NCBI RefSeq assembly: GCF_009914755.1
Contig: NC_060926.1
Source of the DNA: the human T2T-CHM13v2.0 reference genome, Homo sapiens
Reading direction: 5' to 3' (one strand)
Length of the DNA: 64,000 nucleotides
Shown here: positions 38,731 to 51,634 of the stretch, in pieces
How positions within the stretch are numbered: the first letter of the stretch is position 1
How the letters are laid out: each line of letters starts with the position of its first letter
Notes under the pieces: generated by a model
Told to the model about the DNA's origin: nothing
The model's database searches: none
The model's input: the letters and a program-made list of their open reading frames with translations, nothing else
Program-made: the position numbers and the translations under genes

Positions 38731-39213
38731 AATTTTGGATTTTTAATTAAACTCTTTATACCTGGATAGGTACTTCTTATAGTGGCTTCCAAGGGAAGAA
38801 AACAGATGTTGACTCTTGTTGAGGTTCTGTGAGGGCGGTCTCACATTGCTTACTATGGTGGTAGAAAAATTAGTTCCCCTTTAGTTTCTAAAGTAGAATT
38901 TCCTACATTCTATTCAGGAAAGTTAAAACAGTATAAAAATAGCCCAATCCATGAATCTATAGCGGTGTTTAAGTTTTTATGAAAGATGTGAAGATTTGGA
39001 AACCAAAGCAAAAAATAAAATTTTTCTAATGGAGCCTGTCCTGATTTCTTGTCTCTGCAAATATGTGAGAAATTTTTGGTTGTTTTCTGTCATCGTTTCT
39101 CCCAGGGCAGTTATTAAATGATTAAAAGAAACCTTGACAAAATAGCAAATCAACAATTTCTGCTTGCTATCCCACTTTAACCCCTCTCTGTATCCCAGTC
39201 TCCCAAATGGAAA

Positions 39214-39311
39214 TTTAAATGACTCTGTAATAGTTAAATGACTCTCAAATGGTTGAATGACTCTCAAATGGTTAAATGACTCTCAAATGGTTGAATGACT
39301 TTCAAGTGGTT
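39214..39311. repeat. 19-bp minisatellite, about 5 copies (GTTRAATGACTCTCAAATG)
   Basis: Units at 39233, 39252, 39271 and 39290, plus a degenerate unit at 39214. Confidence 0.95.
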
Positions 39312-40556
39312 TATTCATACCCATGGCTATACTGGGGGTCTGTGGGTTGGGCAGAATATACCGGTTTTAGGATTACCAACCTTGCTAGATGACCCTGGAC
39401 AACTTCTGTGGGTTTAAGTTTCCTTGTCTGTAATATAATTGACAAGTTGGTCTGTCTCTTCTCCCTTCTGGTAAGATCATCATTAGAAAATTGAGTTCGG
39501 GTCGAGTATTTACACTTACGATATTATAATCAATTTTTCCTGAGATAAATGGTATGAAGAAGAGTTTGTGGTTTCAGGAGACTATAAAATATGACCATTT
39601 GTGTCAGTGAGGGAGGTCAAGGGAGACTTCAAACCTTTGGATTTCCTGTTCCTTTGGTTCCATCCACTTCTCTTAATCTGCCCTTCCTCTTCAAGTGGAT
39701 GTTCCCTTAGGATTCTCTTTTCTGAACAGTGCTTCTCACACTATCCACCTCATTCACTAACGCTAACAGTTCCTATCCCCACTCCCAGCTCAGACCCAAA
39801 TACCATATAGGAAGAAGGTTTCCGTTGGTTCTTCTTAGGGGAGAAACTGAACCCCCTAATACTTTTTATCACTATATCTGGCAGAGTGTCTAACCATAGG
39901 GATGTTTAATGAGTATACATAATTTATGTAATATGTAATAAATTATGTATAAAGTCTGTTGACCAATTAGGAGAGGAACTGTGATGACGAGAGAAAATTC
40001 ACTGGCATTTGAGGACTCAGGTAATCAAACTTTGTGGGAGGGGATTGAAGGCTCAAGGTTGGAAGGTTGCATTAGATAATCTTTAAGGTACTTTATGACG
40101 CAAGGCACTGGCAGAGCTAGAAAAGGAAACAAAGTCTCTTAGTTATTCTATTCATAACACTTTTCAGTCTTGACTTTTAAGTTTGACAATTTAGGCAGTC
40201 CTAGGATTAGGCCAAAAAAAGCTATTTAATGGAAAGTGCTCACCATCAGTTTTTCACCTTCCCCTGAGACTATTAATATTTTATTAATTTTCATACACTG
40301 TATTAGCCATGAAAACACCTTCTCATGCCTGAGGCCTTGCTACATGGAGATTCTGACTCAGTTCACTTAACCACATTTAACAGATTAAATTAACTGGTTA
40401 ATGCAGTGCAAAAACTAGCGTGAGTTGTTCATTTTACATTGATTCAATAAGATTTTTTCCAAATGGACTGAATCAGCAGTTCTTGTCCGTGAAAACACAG
40501 AATATCACAATCCAGCAAGTAATATTTAAACACAAAGCCGGTTGCACTGATTTCTG

Positions 40557-41300
40557 TTTCTTTTTTAAAATTTGTGGTAAAAAACATGTAAGATTTACGA
40601 TCTTAATCATTTTTAAGTGTACATTTCATTAGTGTTAAGTCTATTTACGTTATTTTGAAACAGACCTCCAGAGCTTTTTCTTTTAATCTTTCCAAACTGA
40701 AACTCTACAGTCATTAAATAATTCCCCTTTGCTCCTTTCCCTAGCCTCTGATGAGTACCCTTCTACTTTGTTTCTGTGAATTTGACTATTTTAGATATCT
40801 CCTATAAGTGAAATCATGCAGTATTAGTCTTTTTGTGACTGACTTCTTTCACTTAGCATAATGTCACCAAGGTTCAACCATATTGTAGCATATGACAGGA
40901 TTTTCTTTTTAAGGCTGAATGATATTCCATTGTATGTATGTACCACATTTTGTTTATCTACTCATCTTGGATGAATATTTGGGCTGCTTCCACCTCTTGG
41001 CTATTATGAATAGGGTGCTATATAAACATGGGTATGCAAATGTCTCTTTGAGATCTTGTTTTCAATTCTTTTGGATATATACCCAGAAGTGGGATTACTG
41101 GATCATATGATAGTTCTGTTTGTAATTTTTTTTGGAAACTTCCATATTATTTTCCACTGCAGTTGAACTATTTTGCAATTCCACTAACAATGCACAGGGT
41201 TTTAATTTCTCTATATCCTTGCAAACATTTGCTATTTTCTGTCTTTTTTTGTTTTTGTTTTTCCGTTTTGACAGTATTCATTGTAATGGGTGTGAGGTAA
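40557..41300 (-). mobile_element. L1MB2/3-type 3' end
   Basis: atttttaagtgtac...ctgaaactcta...aagtgaaatcatgcagtat...tatacccagaagtgggatt. Confidence 0.9.
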
Positions 41301-41381
41301 TCTATCTTTCTCTCTGTCTTGAGAATAATGGAGCCGGAGTTGTGGAGATTATTATTTTTTATTATCAATAGCATTAATAAC

Positions 41382-42311
41382 TGTATAGGTGAAATAAATT
41401 GCTTTTCTCTTTGTACTCATACCTCTGTCAATACTCCAGAACACTTTACTTCTGACACCAAATGTGTGTGTGTTTTTTTTCCCTCACACCAACCAATTTT
41501 CCCACCAGCTGGGTGTCTAAAATTCAGTGCAATTCTGATACTATCTACCTGGAGTTAGCTCAGGCCCCATAGGTTAAGGAATCAGTCTTACAAGACTATC
41601 TCACTTCAGAGCCCGGTTGCAAGTTCAGGTGTCACTTGTGCTTCTGATCAACCAGCTATAAATGGGAGGTTCCCACTACCCACTTCCTGGATTCAATGAT
41701 TTGCTAGAACAGCTCCCAGAACCCAGAAAAATGTTACTTACTATTGCCAATTTATTACAAACGATATTTTAAAGGATGCAAATAAACAGCCAGATGAAGA
41801 ACTACACAGGGCAAGGTTTGGAAGAGTCCCAGGTGCAGGAGATTCTGTGCCCATGTAGTTGCTACATACCATTCTCCTGGCATATAGATGTGCTCAACTA
41901 GCTCAGAAGCTCCCAAATTCCATAGTTTAGAAATTTTTATGAAGGCTTAATCATATAGGTATGATTGATTGTTAGCCCAACTTCCAGCCCCTCCCTGCTT
42001 CCTGGAGGATGTTGGGAGGGTAGAGCTGAAAGTACCAAGCTTCTCATCATGGCTTTGGTCTTTCTGGTGACCAGGGTCCATCCAGGAGCTCACCAAGAGT
42101 CAGCTCATCAGAACAAAAGACACTCCTATCACCCAGGCAATTCCAGGAGATTATGAGCTTTGTGTTGGAAACCAGAGTCAGAGAACAAATATTAGAACAA
42201 AAGATGCACCTAGCACCACTGTTGTTCAGGAAATTACAAGAGATTTAGAAGTTGTGCGCCAGGAAATGACTAAAGATCGAAATATTTCTTATTATAAATC
42301 ACGATATCACA
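41382..42311 (-). mobile_element. MER21B solo LTR
   Basis: TG...ATATCACA termini with perfect TSD ATAAC (41377-41381, 42312-42316); MER21 blocks caccagctgggtgtc and gctgaaagtaccaagcttct. Confidence 0.93.
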
Positions 42312-42375
42312 ATAACCTATTTAATTTGGGAGATATGCAACATATTAGAAGTAAAACTCTTCTTACCCTTTAAAG

Positions 42376-42707
42376 CAGGGGTCCCCAATCCCTCGGCCAC
42401 AGACCAGTACCGATTTGTGGCCGGTTAGGAACTGGGCTGCACAGCAGGAGATGAGCAGCTGCAAGAGAGCATTACCACCTGGGCTCCGCCTCCCATCAGA
42501 TCAGCAGCAGCCTTAGATTCTCATAGGAGCTTGAACCCTATTGTGAACTGCACAAGCGAGGGTTCTAGGTTGCATATTCCTTATGAGAATCTAATGCCTG
42601 ATGATCTGAGGTGGAAGAGTTTCATCCTGAAACCATTCACGCCTTATCCGTGGAAAAATTGTGTTCCACAAAACCAGCCTCTGGTGCCAAGAAGTTGGGG
42701 ACCATTG
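42376..42707 (+). mobile_element. MER1B (hAT-Charlie)
   Basis: CAGGGGTCCCCAA...GATTCTCATAGGAGC...GAGAATCTAATGCCTGATGATCTGAGGTGG...GTTGGGGACCATTG. Confidence 0.95.
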
Positions 42708-43256
42708 CTCTAGGGGCCTCTATTGCAATAAAAGAATGCCCCAGACATCTCACTACCTCCATGAACTGCACTTGCCTTTTTGCTTGCACATCATATAAAA
42801 GTTATATTGTGTAAATAAAAAGGAACTCTTAGAATTTGCATGTTTAGGCAGAATAAATTTTAGGGGAGATAGCCATTTCTTTTCTAATGGGTCAGAGTTA
42901 GAAAACAGTATTGTAGCAGCCTTTAAAAAAAAAACTCAGTTGAAAGCCCAATGACTTGATGGGGTTGGGTAGAGTGGGATGGAGTGGGGCAGAGGGAATG
43001 GATGGCTGGAATAGGATGGGCGAGGATGCTATTCCAGGGTAGGATGTGCCCTGGGAGATCAATGAAGGCAAGAGTGAAATGACAATATAGTTGCAGAAGA
43101 GCAAATTTGCTTAGAAGGTGTAGAGGAGCTAGTTCAAGGAGCTGAATGAAAAAAAAGGAAGACTCAAGTCATAAGTTCTTTACCTTGTGTCTCTGGGCTT
43201 TGGGAACCCATAACCCTGTTTTTATCTCAAATTCAATGAGAAACTACTATAGGCCT

Positions 43257-43655
43257 CAATATGGTTTGACTCTGTGTCCCCACCCAAATCTCATCTCGAA
43301 TTGGAATCCCTATTTGTGGAGGGAGGGACCAGGTGGGAGGTGATTGGATCATGGGGATGATTTCCCCCATGCTGTTCTTGTGATGGTGGGTAAGTTCTCA
43401 GGAGATGTGATGATTTAAAAGTATGGCACATCCCCCTGCTCTCTCTCTGTTCTGCCACTATGTAAGAAGATGTGCTTGCTTCCCCTTCGCCTTCCACCAT
43501 GATTGTTAGTTTTCTGAGGCCTCCTAGCCATGTTTTCTGAGGCCTCCTAGCCGTGCTTTCTGTTAAGCCTGTTAAGAGTCAATTAAACCTCTTTTCTTTA
43601 TAAATTACCCAGTCTCAGGTAGTTCTTTATAGCAGTGTGAAAACAAACTAGTACA
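43257..43655 (+). mobile_element. THE1D/MSTA-type solo LTR
   Basis: ATATGGTTTGACTCTGTGTCCCCACCCAAATCTC...ACTAGTACA; near-TSD GGCCT/GGCTT; internal duplication of about 23 bp (gttttctgaggcctcctagcc). Confidence 0.92.
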
Positions 43656-44851
43656 GGCTTAAGGAAATGGTGGAGGGAAAAAACACCTTTGGTCCAAATG
43701 TTGAGAAGTGATGAAGAAAGTCCTGGGCAGTTCATCGAATGTGAGATGCATGGATGAAATGATCAAGGCTTGGCCTATGGATCCTACTGTGGAAAAGGAA
43801 TGGACAGGATGTGTAACGTGATGTGTCTTCATGTCCTTTCACTTTCTTAGTTTGCTCTTAACAGTGCCTTTCACTTTGACTCTCTTCTTTATATTTTGTC
43901 CTTGTTATTTGCAGGGTCTCTGTCATTGGAAGTAGAATAACTGCTTCAGAATATCAGCATATCTGTTCTGCCATTTTTGGGTAGAAATAATAATGTTTCA
44001 CCCTTAACTCCATTAACCATTAACCATCAATTTTACAATGATGTAAACATTGTAAATGTCTATGGCTCGCCTTGTGATTTTTGACTCTTCTGCTATATAA
44101 TTTCTTGATGCTTATATATGTCTACTCTTTTTCACAAATTACCTCTTTTACCCTCTTAGGCTTGATATTTGCTTGCAAGGAAGAACAAAAGTCTGATTTT
44201 GTTTTAATGACACTGATTCTTTCAAGGAAGTCTTAGCTATGCTGTCAAATTTTCTTCTATTGCTTCATCTCTGCTAGTCCTTTCAATTTTCCTTCCCATG
44301 TACATTACAGTTTATTTCTTTCTATTTCTTATGGAAGGCTGATAAGATCCTTAACCAGATTAAATGGCCCATTTTATTCCTGTCATTGAATAAGACATTA
44401 AAATTTAATGAAAGCTGCACTTCAGGAGAATTGTTATTATTCTGCTCGCAAAATCTCATACTGGTTTTTATTGGGGTTTAAGGAGGAGTTGATAAATTTT
44501 ACCCCTCTTCTGTCTTTGACTTATAACCTATTGAAAAAAAAGACACAGGAGTTAAAAAATGAAGATAAAATATTGTTTTATTACTGAAAATGTTGACTTC
44601 AGAACATGCCTTGACTTGTGACCAACTGGGTTTCCTAATTTCTTCCCTCCTCCCTCAGTTGTACTTATTTGACTACTCACATACTACCCTTCTCTCTCTC
44701 TTGCAGCTATTTCTCCTCTTACAGAAAGGGCTTCTTATTTGCCTTCTGAACTGACAGGAACTGCCTCAATAACTTGTTAACCTTCTGCCCAGGTGATGTT
44801 TATCCTCCTCTTCTTCTGTAAAGCAAAAAAGAAAGAAAGAAGAAGCAGTTC

Positions 44852-44983
44852 AGTGGGGTGCAGTGGCTTATTCCTATAATTCCAGCACATTGGGAGGTTG
44901 AGACGGGAGGATTGCTTGAGGCCAGGAGTTTGAGACCAGCCTGGACCACAGATCAAGACCCTGTCTCTACTAAAAAAAAAAAA
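44852..44983 (+). mobile_element. FLAM_C-like / AluJ left monomer
   Basis: gtgcagtggctta...ggaggattgcttgaggccaggagtttgagaccagcctgg...accctgtctctac followed by A-tail. Confidence 0.88.
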
Positions 44984-46791
44984 GGTGAAGGCCTACAGGG
45001 AAAGAAACAATTACCAAGAAGGCCCAATCTGCTAGAAGGTATTTAAACAATATTCCCATTGCGTACACAAATGCAAATGGCATTTGATCATAACTGTCTT
45101 TCTCTGTCTGTCACACCCTAGCCCCATGCTTGCTTTAGCAGAACAGATAGTGCCTATTATTCACAAATGATTTCTCTTACCTTCCTAGACCTGACACTTA
45201 TTTTGGAGGATGAACAGAAGTCATCAGCCCATGAGATCTTCAGAGGTTCCATGACAATGTTACACCCTGAGTCACAGGCTAAATGTCTAGAACAGTCAGA
45301 TGCTTACTGGGAACCAAGATGATGTTTCTGTGAGTAGGATGAATCACTGCAATCAGTGAAGCTAGAAGTGTAGGTTTTTGAGGAGGTCTAATTACAAGAT
45401 TTTGATATGTTCTGTAACTGCATACACTGAGGCAGAAAACTAAATAACCCAACTTAGTAAGAAAAACAAGAGAAAAAAATCCATTTTTATCTCAAGCACA
45501 GCTTGTTCTTACCCTCCTAATGCTCATCAGGTTTAATGATGTTTATCTCTTCTTTTCTGAGAAAAAGATAAAATGGAGAAACTGTTACTATTAAGCAAGT
45601 TTCACTAAGGTCTGTGTGTTCTTTTTCCAGAAGGAGGAAATTCATATAGGGTAAAATTCGAGCAAATCGCTTTCAGAATTCATGCAAGAATCTCTCCAAA
45701 AATTGTGCCAGCTGCTGTCTCGTGCTGTAGTTGAAGTCCAGAATCGAATCTGCCCATGTGCTGTGCTTTGGATCAGGTAGCAAATTCAGAATCAGCCAAG
45801 TCATGATTACCCCTTTGAAACAAGTTACCCCCTAGTAGGCAAGACCCATGTGATCATCCAGACTACATTTTTCCCTCATTGACAGCCTACCCTAGAGTAC
45901 ACAGGCAAAGTGCTGAGTGTGCAGGGGAGTTCTGAACATGTTCTAGGGTTGGGGGAAGCAAGGGAAGGGCGTGCAAAGGGGACTCTAAAGAGGGAATGTA
46001 GATGTAAATGCCTATGGTGCCAGGCAGGGAATATACATCCGTAATCGGGTGTCTAAAAATAAAGCACAACAACAGTAGCACAAGATGATGGTAAAAAGCA
46101 GCTTCCATGGAGGGGAAACAAAAGGGAGTGGTGGGGACTGTGATGAAGTGGACAGTACAATTCCTGTCTAGGGAGGCGAGGCGTCCTCTGCTCAGTTCAG
46201 GCAGAACGGTGACTGGAGTGCTGCTGGACCTCCTGCAATCTCCCAAGTTTCAATGGATGGAAACTAATTCAAAAATTAAAAACAAAAACACTGGGCAAGT
46301 AAAATTAAAAAAAAAACTTTGTAGGTGAATTTAATGCTGATTTGGAATATTATAAAGACACCCAATGTTTTAAAGTGAGGAAGGGCTTTTATGAGTGCAG
46401 GACTAACATAGGGGAAGCCTGGGGTTTTCTCTTTATCTTCCTTCCACCTGATACCCCTACCCACCAATCCATGGTTTTCCTGAACTTCTGACTCAGGTTA
46501 CCCTTTATTAAGATAATGAGAAGATAGATGGATGAGGGTCTCAGACTCCTTTTTAAGGCAAAAGATTTGACTTGTGACATTTGTATTCTAATCTGCCATC
46601 TCCTTGGTTCCACACAGGACTCCTTTAATGGACAAAGATTTGTGTCGTTCTGTGTCTGGGGGCACAGACACACATGTGTACTAGGACACATGAAGAGGAG
46701 ATGCTTAATTCATACACCGTAATCTTCACTTGTTTTATGAACTGGAAATCAATTCAATTTCTTCAGAAGATACACAAATTGTTTGCATACA

Positions 46792-46979
46792 CCAGAGGTC
46801 ACAAGTGGTGTCCTGCTGACCAAAAGGACTCAGGGTTAGCTGTAATGTTACATTGAAATGCTGCAGGTAGGCATGCCTTGCCAGTTTCTCACAGGCCACC
46901 AAGCCTGGTTCCACTTCATGCCCCACACAGTTGTCTTATCTGCATAAACACTAAAGCCATTTGGATTTGTCAAGGCTTG
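46792..46979 (+). mobile_element. MER102-like hAT fragment
   Basis: CAGAGGTCACAAG start, ccagtttctcacag, ends aaagccatttggatttgtc. Confidence 0.5.
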
Positions 46980-47744
46980 ACTTACATACACTTTTTAAAG
47001 ATCAACCATGATAGACATAAACTTCCTACTGTATAATCTTATTTCCCCCACCATAAATATGGACAAAATTAGAGGTTTGCTCTAAAAATTCATTCTAGTT
47101 TAACGTGAAGTGAAATGTAGCAAGTTTGTAACTCTTCACTTGAAATACTTCTGAGAAGCTTTTTTTTACCTCCCAAATGCTGCCAACTCCCTTCCCACTC
47201 TGACAACACTAATAATTTAGAACCATTTTAATTCTCTGTGAGTCTCAAAGATGGAAAATTCAGGTTACAGGATAAATCTGGCCTTAATACATGCTTTGTT
47301 GTGGCTGGGGATGGGGGGAGTTGTAAGGGGTAAGAGACAGTGTTTAAGATATTAAAAAATATTTCTCTGCCGCTTCAGATATATATGCTCTGTGCCTGCT
47401 GCCTGGAAACATCTGAGTTTGTGGCCTCTGCTGAATACAAATACAGAGACTCAGGTTAGCCCAAGTCAACCCCTTCTCCATCATCAGGAGTATCTGGGAT
47501 ACTGGCCATAGGTTGATGCTATGATGGACCACTCCAGGAGACCTGGAGCTTCTTTAGGCTGTGTCTTCCAGGCTTCGTGAACACCATGGAATCCCCTGTA
47601 CTAAGATCTAAAGAAGCTTCAAGTGGTCAACCCTCCAGAGGAGGTTGATCCATGTCTAAATTCCATTCCTTATCATCCCATGAAAAGGTTGTAACTTACC
47701 CCAAGGTATTTACCTGTCTGTCACAGGGGTAATAATTTAAAAAT

Positions 47745-47950
47745 GTATCAGTTTGCTATCTTTCTTCTTTTCTCTTTATCAATAGCTCTCAAGCTTAGCC
47801 TGTGCTAGGCAGCATCTGTGGGAATGGAGAGAAGGGCTGGGGAATAGGTATCAGTTTGCTGTTTTTCTTCTTTTCTCTTTATCAATAGCTCTCAAGCTTA
47901 GCCTGTGCTAGGCAGCATCTGTGGGAATTGAGAGAAGGGCTGGGGAATAG
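47745..47950. repeat. 103-bp tandem duplication of unique sequence
   Basis: 47745-47847 versus 47848-47950, 3 mismatches. Confidence 0.97.
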
Positions 47951-49329
47951 GATATTTTACAAAAGAAAAATGCTAAGGGAAAGAGCAAGGACATACTCAG
48001 ATTTTGGTATTCAAAAGCAGATTATTCATTGAGACAATAAATAGGCTGGCAAACCAAGATACGGTACTGAGAAAGGATGTTTCCATTTCCTTTATGCCCT
48101 CAATTGAGAACATCAGCATCATTCAAATCAGACTGGATGGATCACGCATCCTCTCAGGTGTGAAAAGGATGCCCTGTCCGCTCACGCCAGCCTGGACCCT
48201 CTGAGAGTGAGAGAGAGAGAAGAGAGTGTGTAGGAGAATTAAGAGACCACTGCCTCCATTTGCTGGTCCTGTAATAGTATGGGATAATGGAGACATTAAG
48301 ATCTGTGCTGCTTATTTTTTCTTCTCTGGGTTTAGGCTTGGGGAGAAACATATGTGTTGGGTGAATGCAGATAACACCAGAAGGAGTAGGGTCTGATCGA
48401 TCCTTGTTTTCCTGCCACACAGCCAGAGGGTATAATATTGAGTTGTCAGCACAGAGAAGCCAGAGGTTTAGCTTTTCTGAGATGCCCTAATTCCTTCGTC
48501 AGGAAGTCACTGAATTGAGAGCCAGTGGGCCTGGGAAGAGGGCTGCTATAGCAGTGCAAGGTGGCCCTCCACTGAGGATGTGGCAAGAGGCTTTTGGGTC
48601 TGCAGCCTGTAGGAATCAAACGATGGTGTCAGAAGAGAAACACTGTTGGGACCAGGAGGATGAGTCTGAGTTACATTCACTTTGGTGTGTAAGGCCAGCA
48701 GAGCTCAGGCACCCCAGGAAGACTCAGGCCATTGTCCCAGAGACAAGCCCATGTCAGCCAGTGCACACAGCATCCCAGTACAAGGTCAGCGGATCCCTTG
48801 ATCTCACCAAGAACTGTCATACACTTCAATGCCAAGTTAGGGAGAGAGGCAGAGGCAACTTGGGATACTGAGCATCCTTTCTTAGAGGGACTGAACACTG
48901 TTTTCAGTGGCCACTAAAATTACTGAATCAGATTATATCTAAAGTGAATTGAGTAGAAGTTAGGGACTTGCAAGAAATATTATGTTAATCGTAGACTATA
49001 GAGACAATGTTTCGTCCACCTTGCAAATGTGAGTTATAGTGTGAATTAAAATTTTTTGACTCTGCTCCATGTATAGGCAGATGAAAAGAATCCGATCCTT
49101 CCTTGAAGAAGTCGGAAAATTTTTAGGTTGGGGAATTATATGAACCTTGCAAGTCAGAAGACTGTCGTTAGGAAAATTATCCCTTTTATTTAGCCCACAA
49201 AATGGTACAAGCCAGCCATGAAATGTTTCCGCACTTTATAAAGCCAGCCTCTGCCTCCTCCTCCTCTTTTATTAAAACCACAAAATTAATGGATTCCTTT
49301 ATTTTTGCTTATTTACCATATATCTTTGC

Positions 49330-50100
49330 TTCCTTCTGTATTCATTTCCCGTCTTCCTGTATAATATCTTTCAAATAGCTTCCATGTTGATATATTTTCA
49401 GACATCTTGCATATCTGAAAATGCTTTTATTGTATCTTCACTGTTAAATGCTAGCATTATAAGATCTAATACTCTGGGGTTAATGAACTTTTTTTTCCAG
49501 CAGTTTGAAGATAGTAGTAGCACATTGTATTCATCTATCTGGTGCAGCTGAGAAATCTCACACCAATTTCAGAATTTTCTTGAAGGGGATTTTCTTTCCC
49601 TTGTGCCCTTCAGAAGCTTTTGTCTTTAATACATTTTTTTAATCATCATAAGTCTCAGAAATGACTTTGTTCCCTCAAGCCTCCTTGCTGTCTAAACTTT
49701 TTTAGTCTGCAGTCCTGGGTCTTTGTTTAGTTCTGAGAAATTCTTATTAGTCATTTCTTCACATAATTTCTCCTTTCTCTTATTTTTCTCTTTTGTGGAC
49801 ACTTCTGATCTTTATATCATTTATCCTTGTTTTTTCTCTTTCAATAACTTTGTCCTTTCTGATGTTTTCTGGGAGAGTTCCTCAACCCAATCATTCTGCT
49901 CACTAATTTGTCATTTAACTTTGTCCACTGTGCTGTTAATTTCTTCTACTGAGTTTTTATTTCAATGCAATATTTCATATCGCATTTTTCAAATTGTTTT
50001 TATTTTATCATTTATCTTGTTCCTGCTTTACGTGTTCAACATTTTGCTTGTTTTATGTTATGACAGTTGTGTATATTATTATACTTGTGTTAAATTCCTA
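49330..50100 (-). mobile_element. HAL1/ancient L1 ORF1 remnant
   Basis: tgcatatctgaaaatgcttttatt...cagcagtttgaagata...gcagctgagaaatct...ttctgggagagttcctcaac; T-rich strand. Confidence 0.65.
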
Positions 50101-51634
50101 TTGCATTATTTTTCTTTATATATGTTTTGTTCTATTAGTTGGCTTGTGCTTTATAAATAGTCTGATTTGGCCTGATTGTCTTGCCCCCTTCTGCTCAGGA
50201 CATGGCCCCACAGGCTGAGAATCTCACTCCACTGTGGGCTCATCGGTCCCAGTGCACAGAATGGGAGATTAGGGACTAAGACATTCAAGTGGAGTCTCCT
50301 GTTCTTGGTAGATAGTTCCACTGAGAACACATTTACCTGCTAGACACATGGTCTGTCAGAAATGACCAGGGTATGGCTAATTTAGTGTGAAGTTCTTTTG
50401 ATTTAGAAAAAAAATTTAGAACATGATTGCTTTGCTAATTCCCATGAAAGAGTCGTTTGTAGCGTGGAATATACAGCATTAGTATAATAAACGAAAATAA
50501 CTGTAAAATCAAAAAGTAAGACAAAGCTAATATTTTCAATAAGATGAATGAACAAAATGCTATTTAAATGATTTGAAGCTGAAATACTTATGGATATTAA
50601 AATGCAATTTCATGAAAAATCTAGATCTCTATCTCCAGCTCTTTATCAGATAGCTTGAGGAAAAATACATAAATTTTAAGTCTGTCACTGCTTTTGCCTC
50701 ACAGTTTGTCAATCTCATCAACCAAACTGAAACAAAATCTCTAGAAAACCATTATGAACCCAAAATCAATGTTCAGTGTCATCATTATCTTCTCTGTCAT
50801 CTTCTGCTAATTAATTCTGATACATTTTCAAACAAGCCGTGGATTAATAGTTTAGTGCAAATTCTCTTCAATTACATCAAAAAGCAGGGGGAAAAACATA
50901 TGGGTTAGCTGCAGCAAGGGATCAATAATTCTATCAGCTCTTTTCTGTCAATTTGAATGTCGCCCTTCACCTTTTTTTCCCTGTAATTTTCTTTCTTTCC
51001 TAATTTATGCCTCACTTTTAAATATCTCACATTCTTTTCTTTCTTTTCTTACAGGGTTCTCTTCTGATACTCCATCTTCTATATACCTACTTTGTGTTAA
51101 TTTTAGGAAGCATTATTTAAAATATTAGTGTAAACTGAGACAAGAGATAAAAGCAAATAATGGTTTTAATATTAAATAACTTTTTTTTTTGTAAATAAAA
51201 TGAGTTGATTCCTGTGCTACTAAAAATATTAGGAATTAGAAGCTCAGTGGATATCTACATTAAAATCTGAAGAGACCAGAACTGCATATAGAGTCTTTAA
51301 AATTAATATCCCCAGTTTGAATTTGAGTGGTAATTTAAAGACATGTTTACCTGTTTGTACACTTTTCTTTCCAAATAGGAGGTGAATAGTATGTGGTCAA
51401 AAACTGTCTTTTTCATCTTTATATCATAGACTTTAAAAGAATTCCTGACACCTAGCAGAGGTTCAGTACCATGTTTAAGATGAATTAATGAATGAAGACA
51501 TGGGTTTAACTTACAATATCATGGCTAACTATGACCTGCCATAGACTATCATTGTGACATTGTTGACAAAGTAAGAGAATAGACTTTGAAGTTAGATACC
51601 TTGAGTTTAAATCCTGGGATTTTGATTAACTAGA

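Noticed and set aside
39214-39311. Short direct repeats as a CRISPR-like array
   Set aside because: Units abut with no unique spacers; eukaryotic context and no cas genes.
43890-45790. Several plus-strand acceptor/donor pairs (for example 44707-44792, 45189-45329)
   Set aside because: Donors are weak or moderate with no coherent reading frame; indistinguishable from background pseudo-exons.
49723-50160. 145-aa hydrophobic ORF resembling a membrane protein
   Set aside because: Product of the T-rich antisense strand of an old L1/HAL1 remnant; no ATG start and no recognisable domain.
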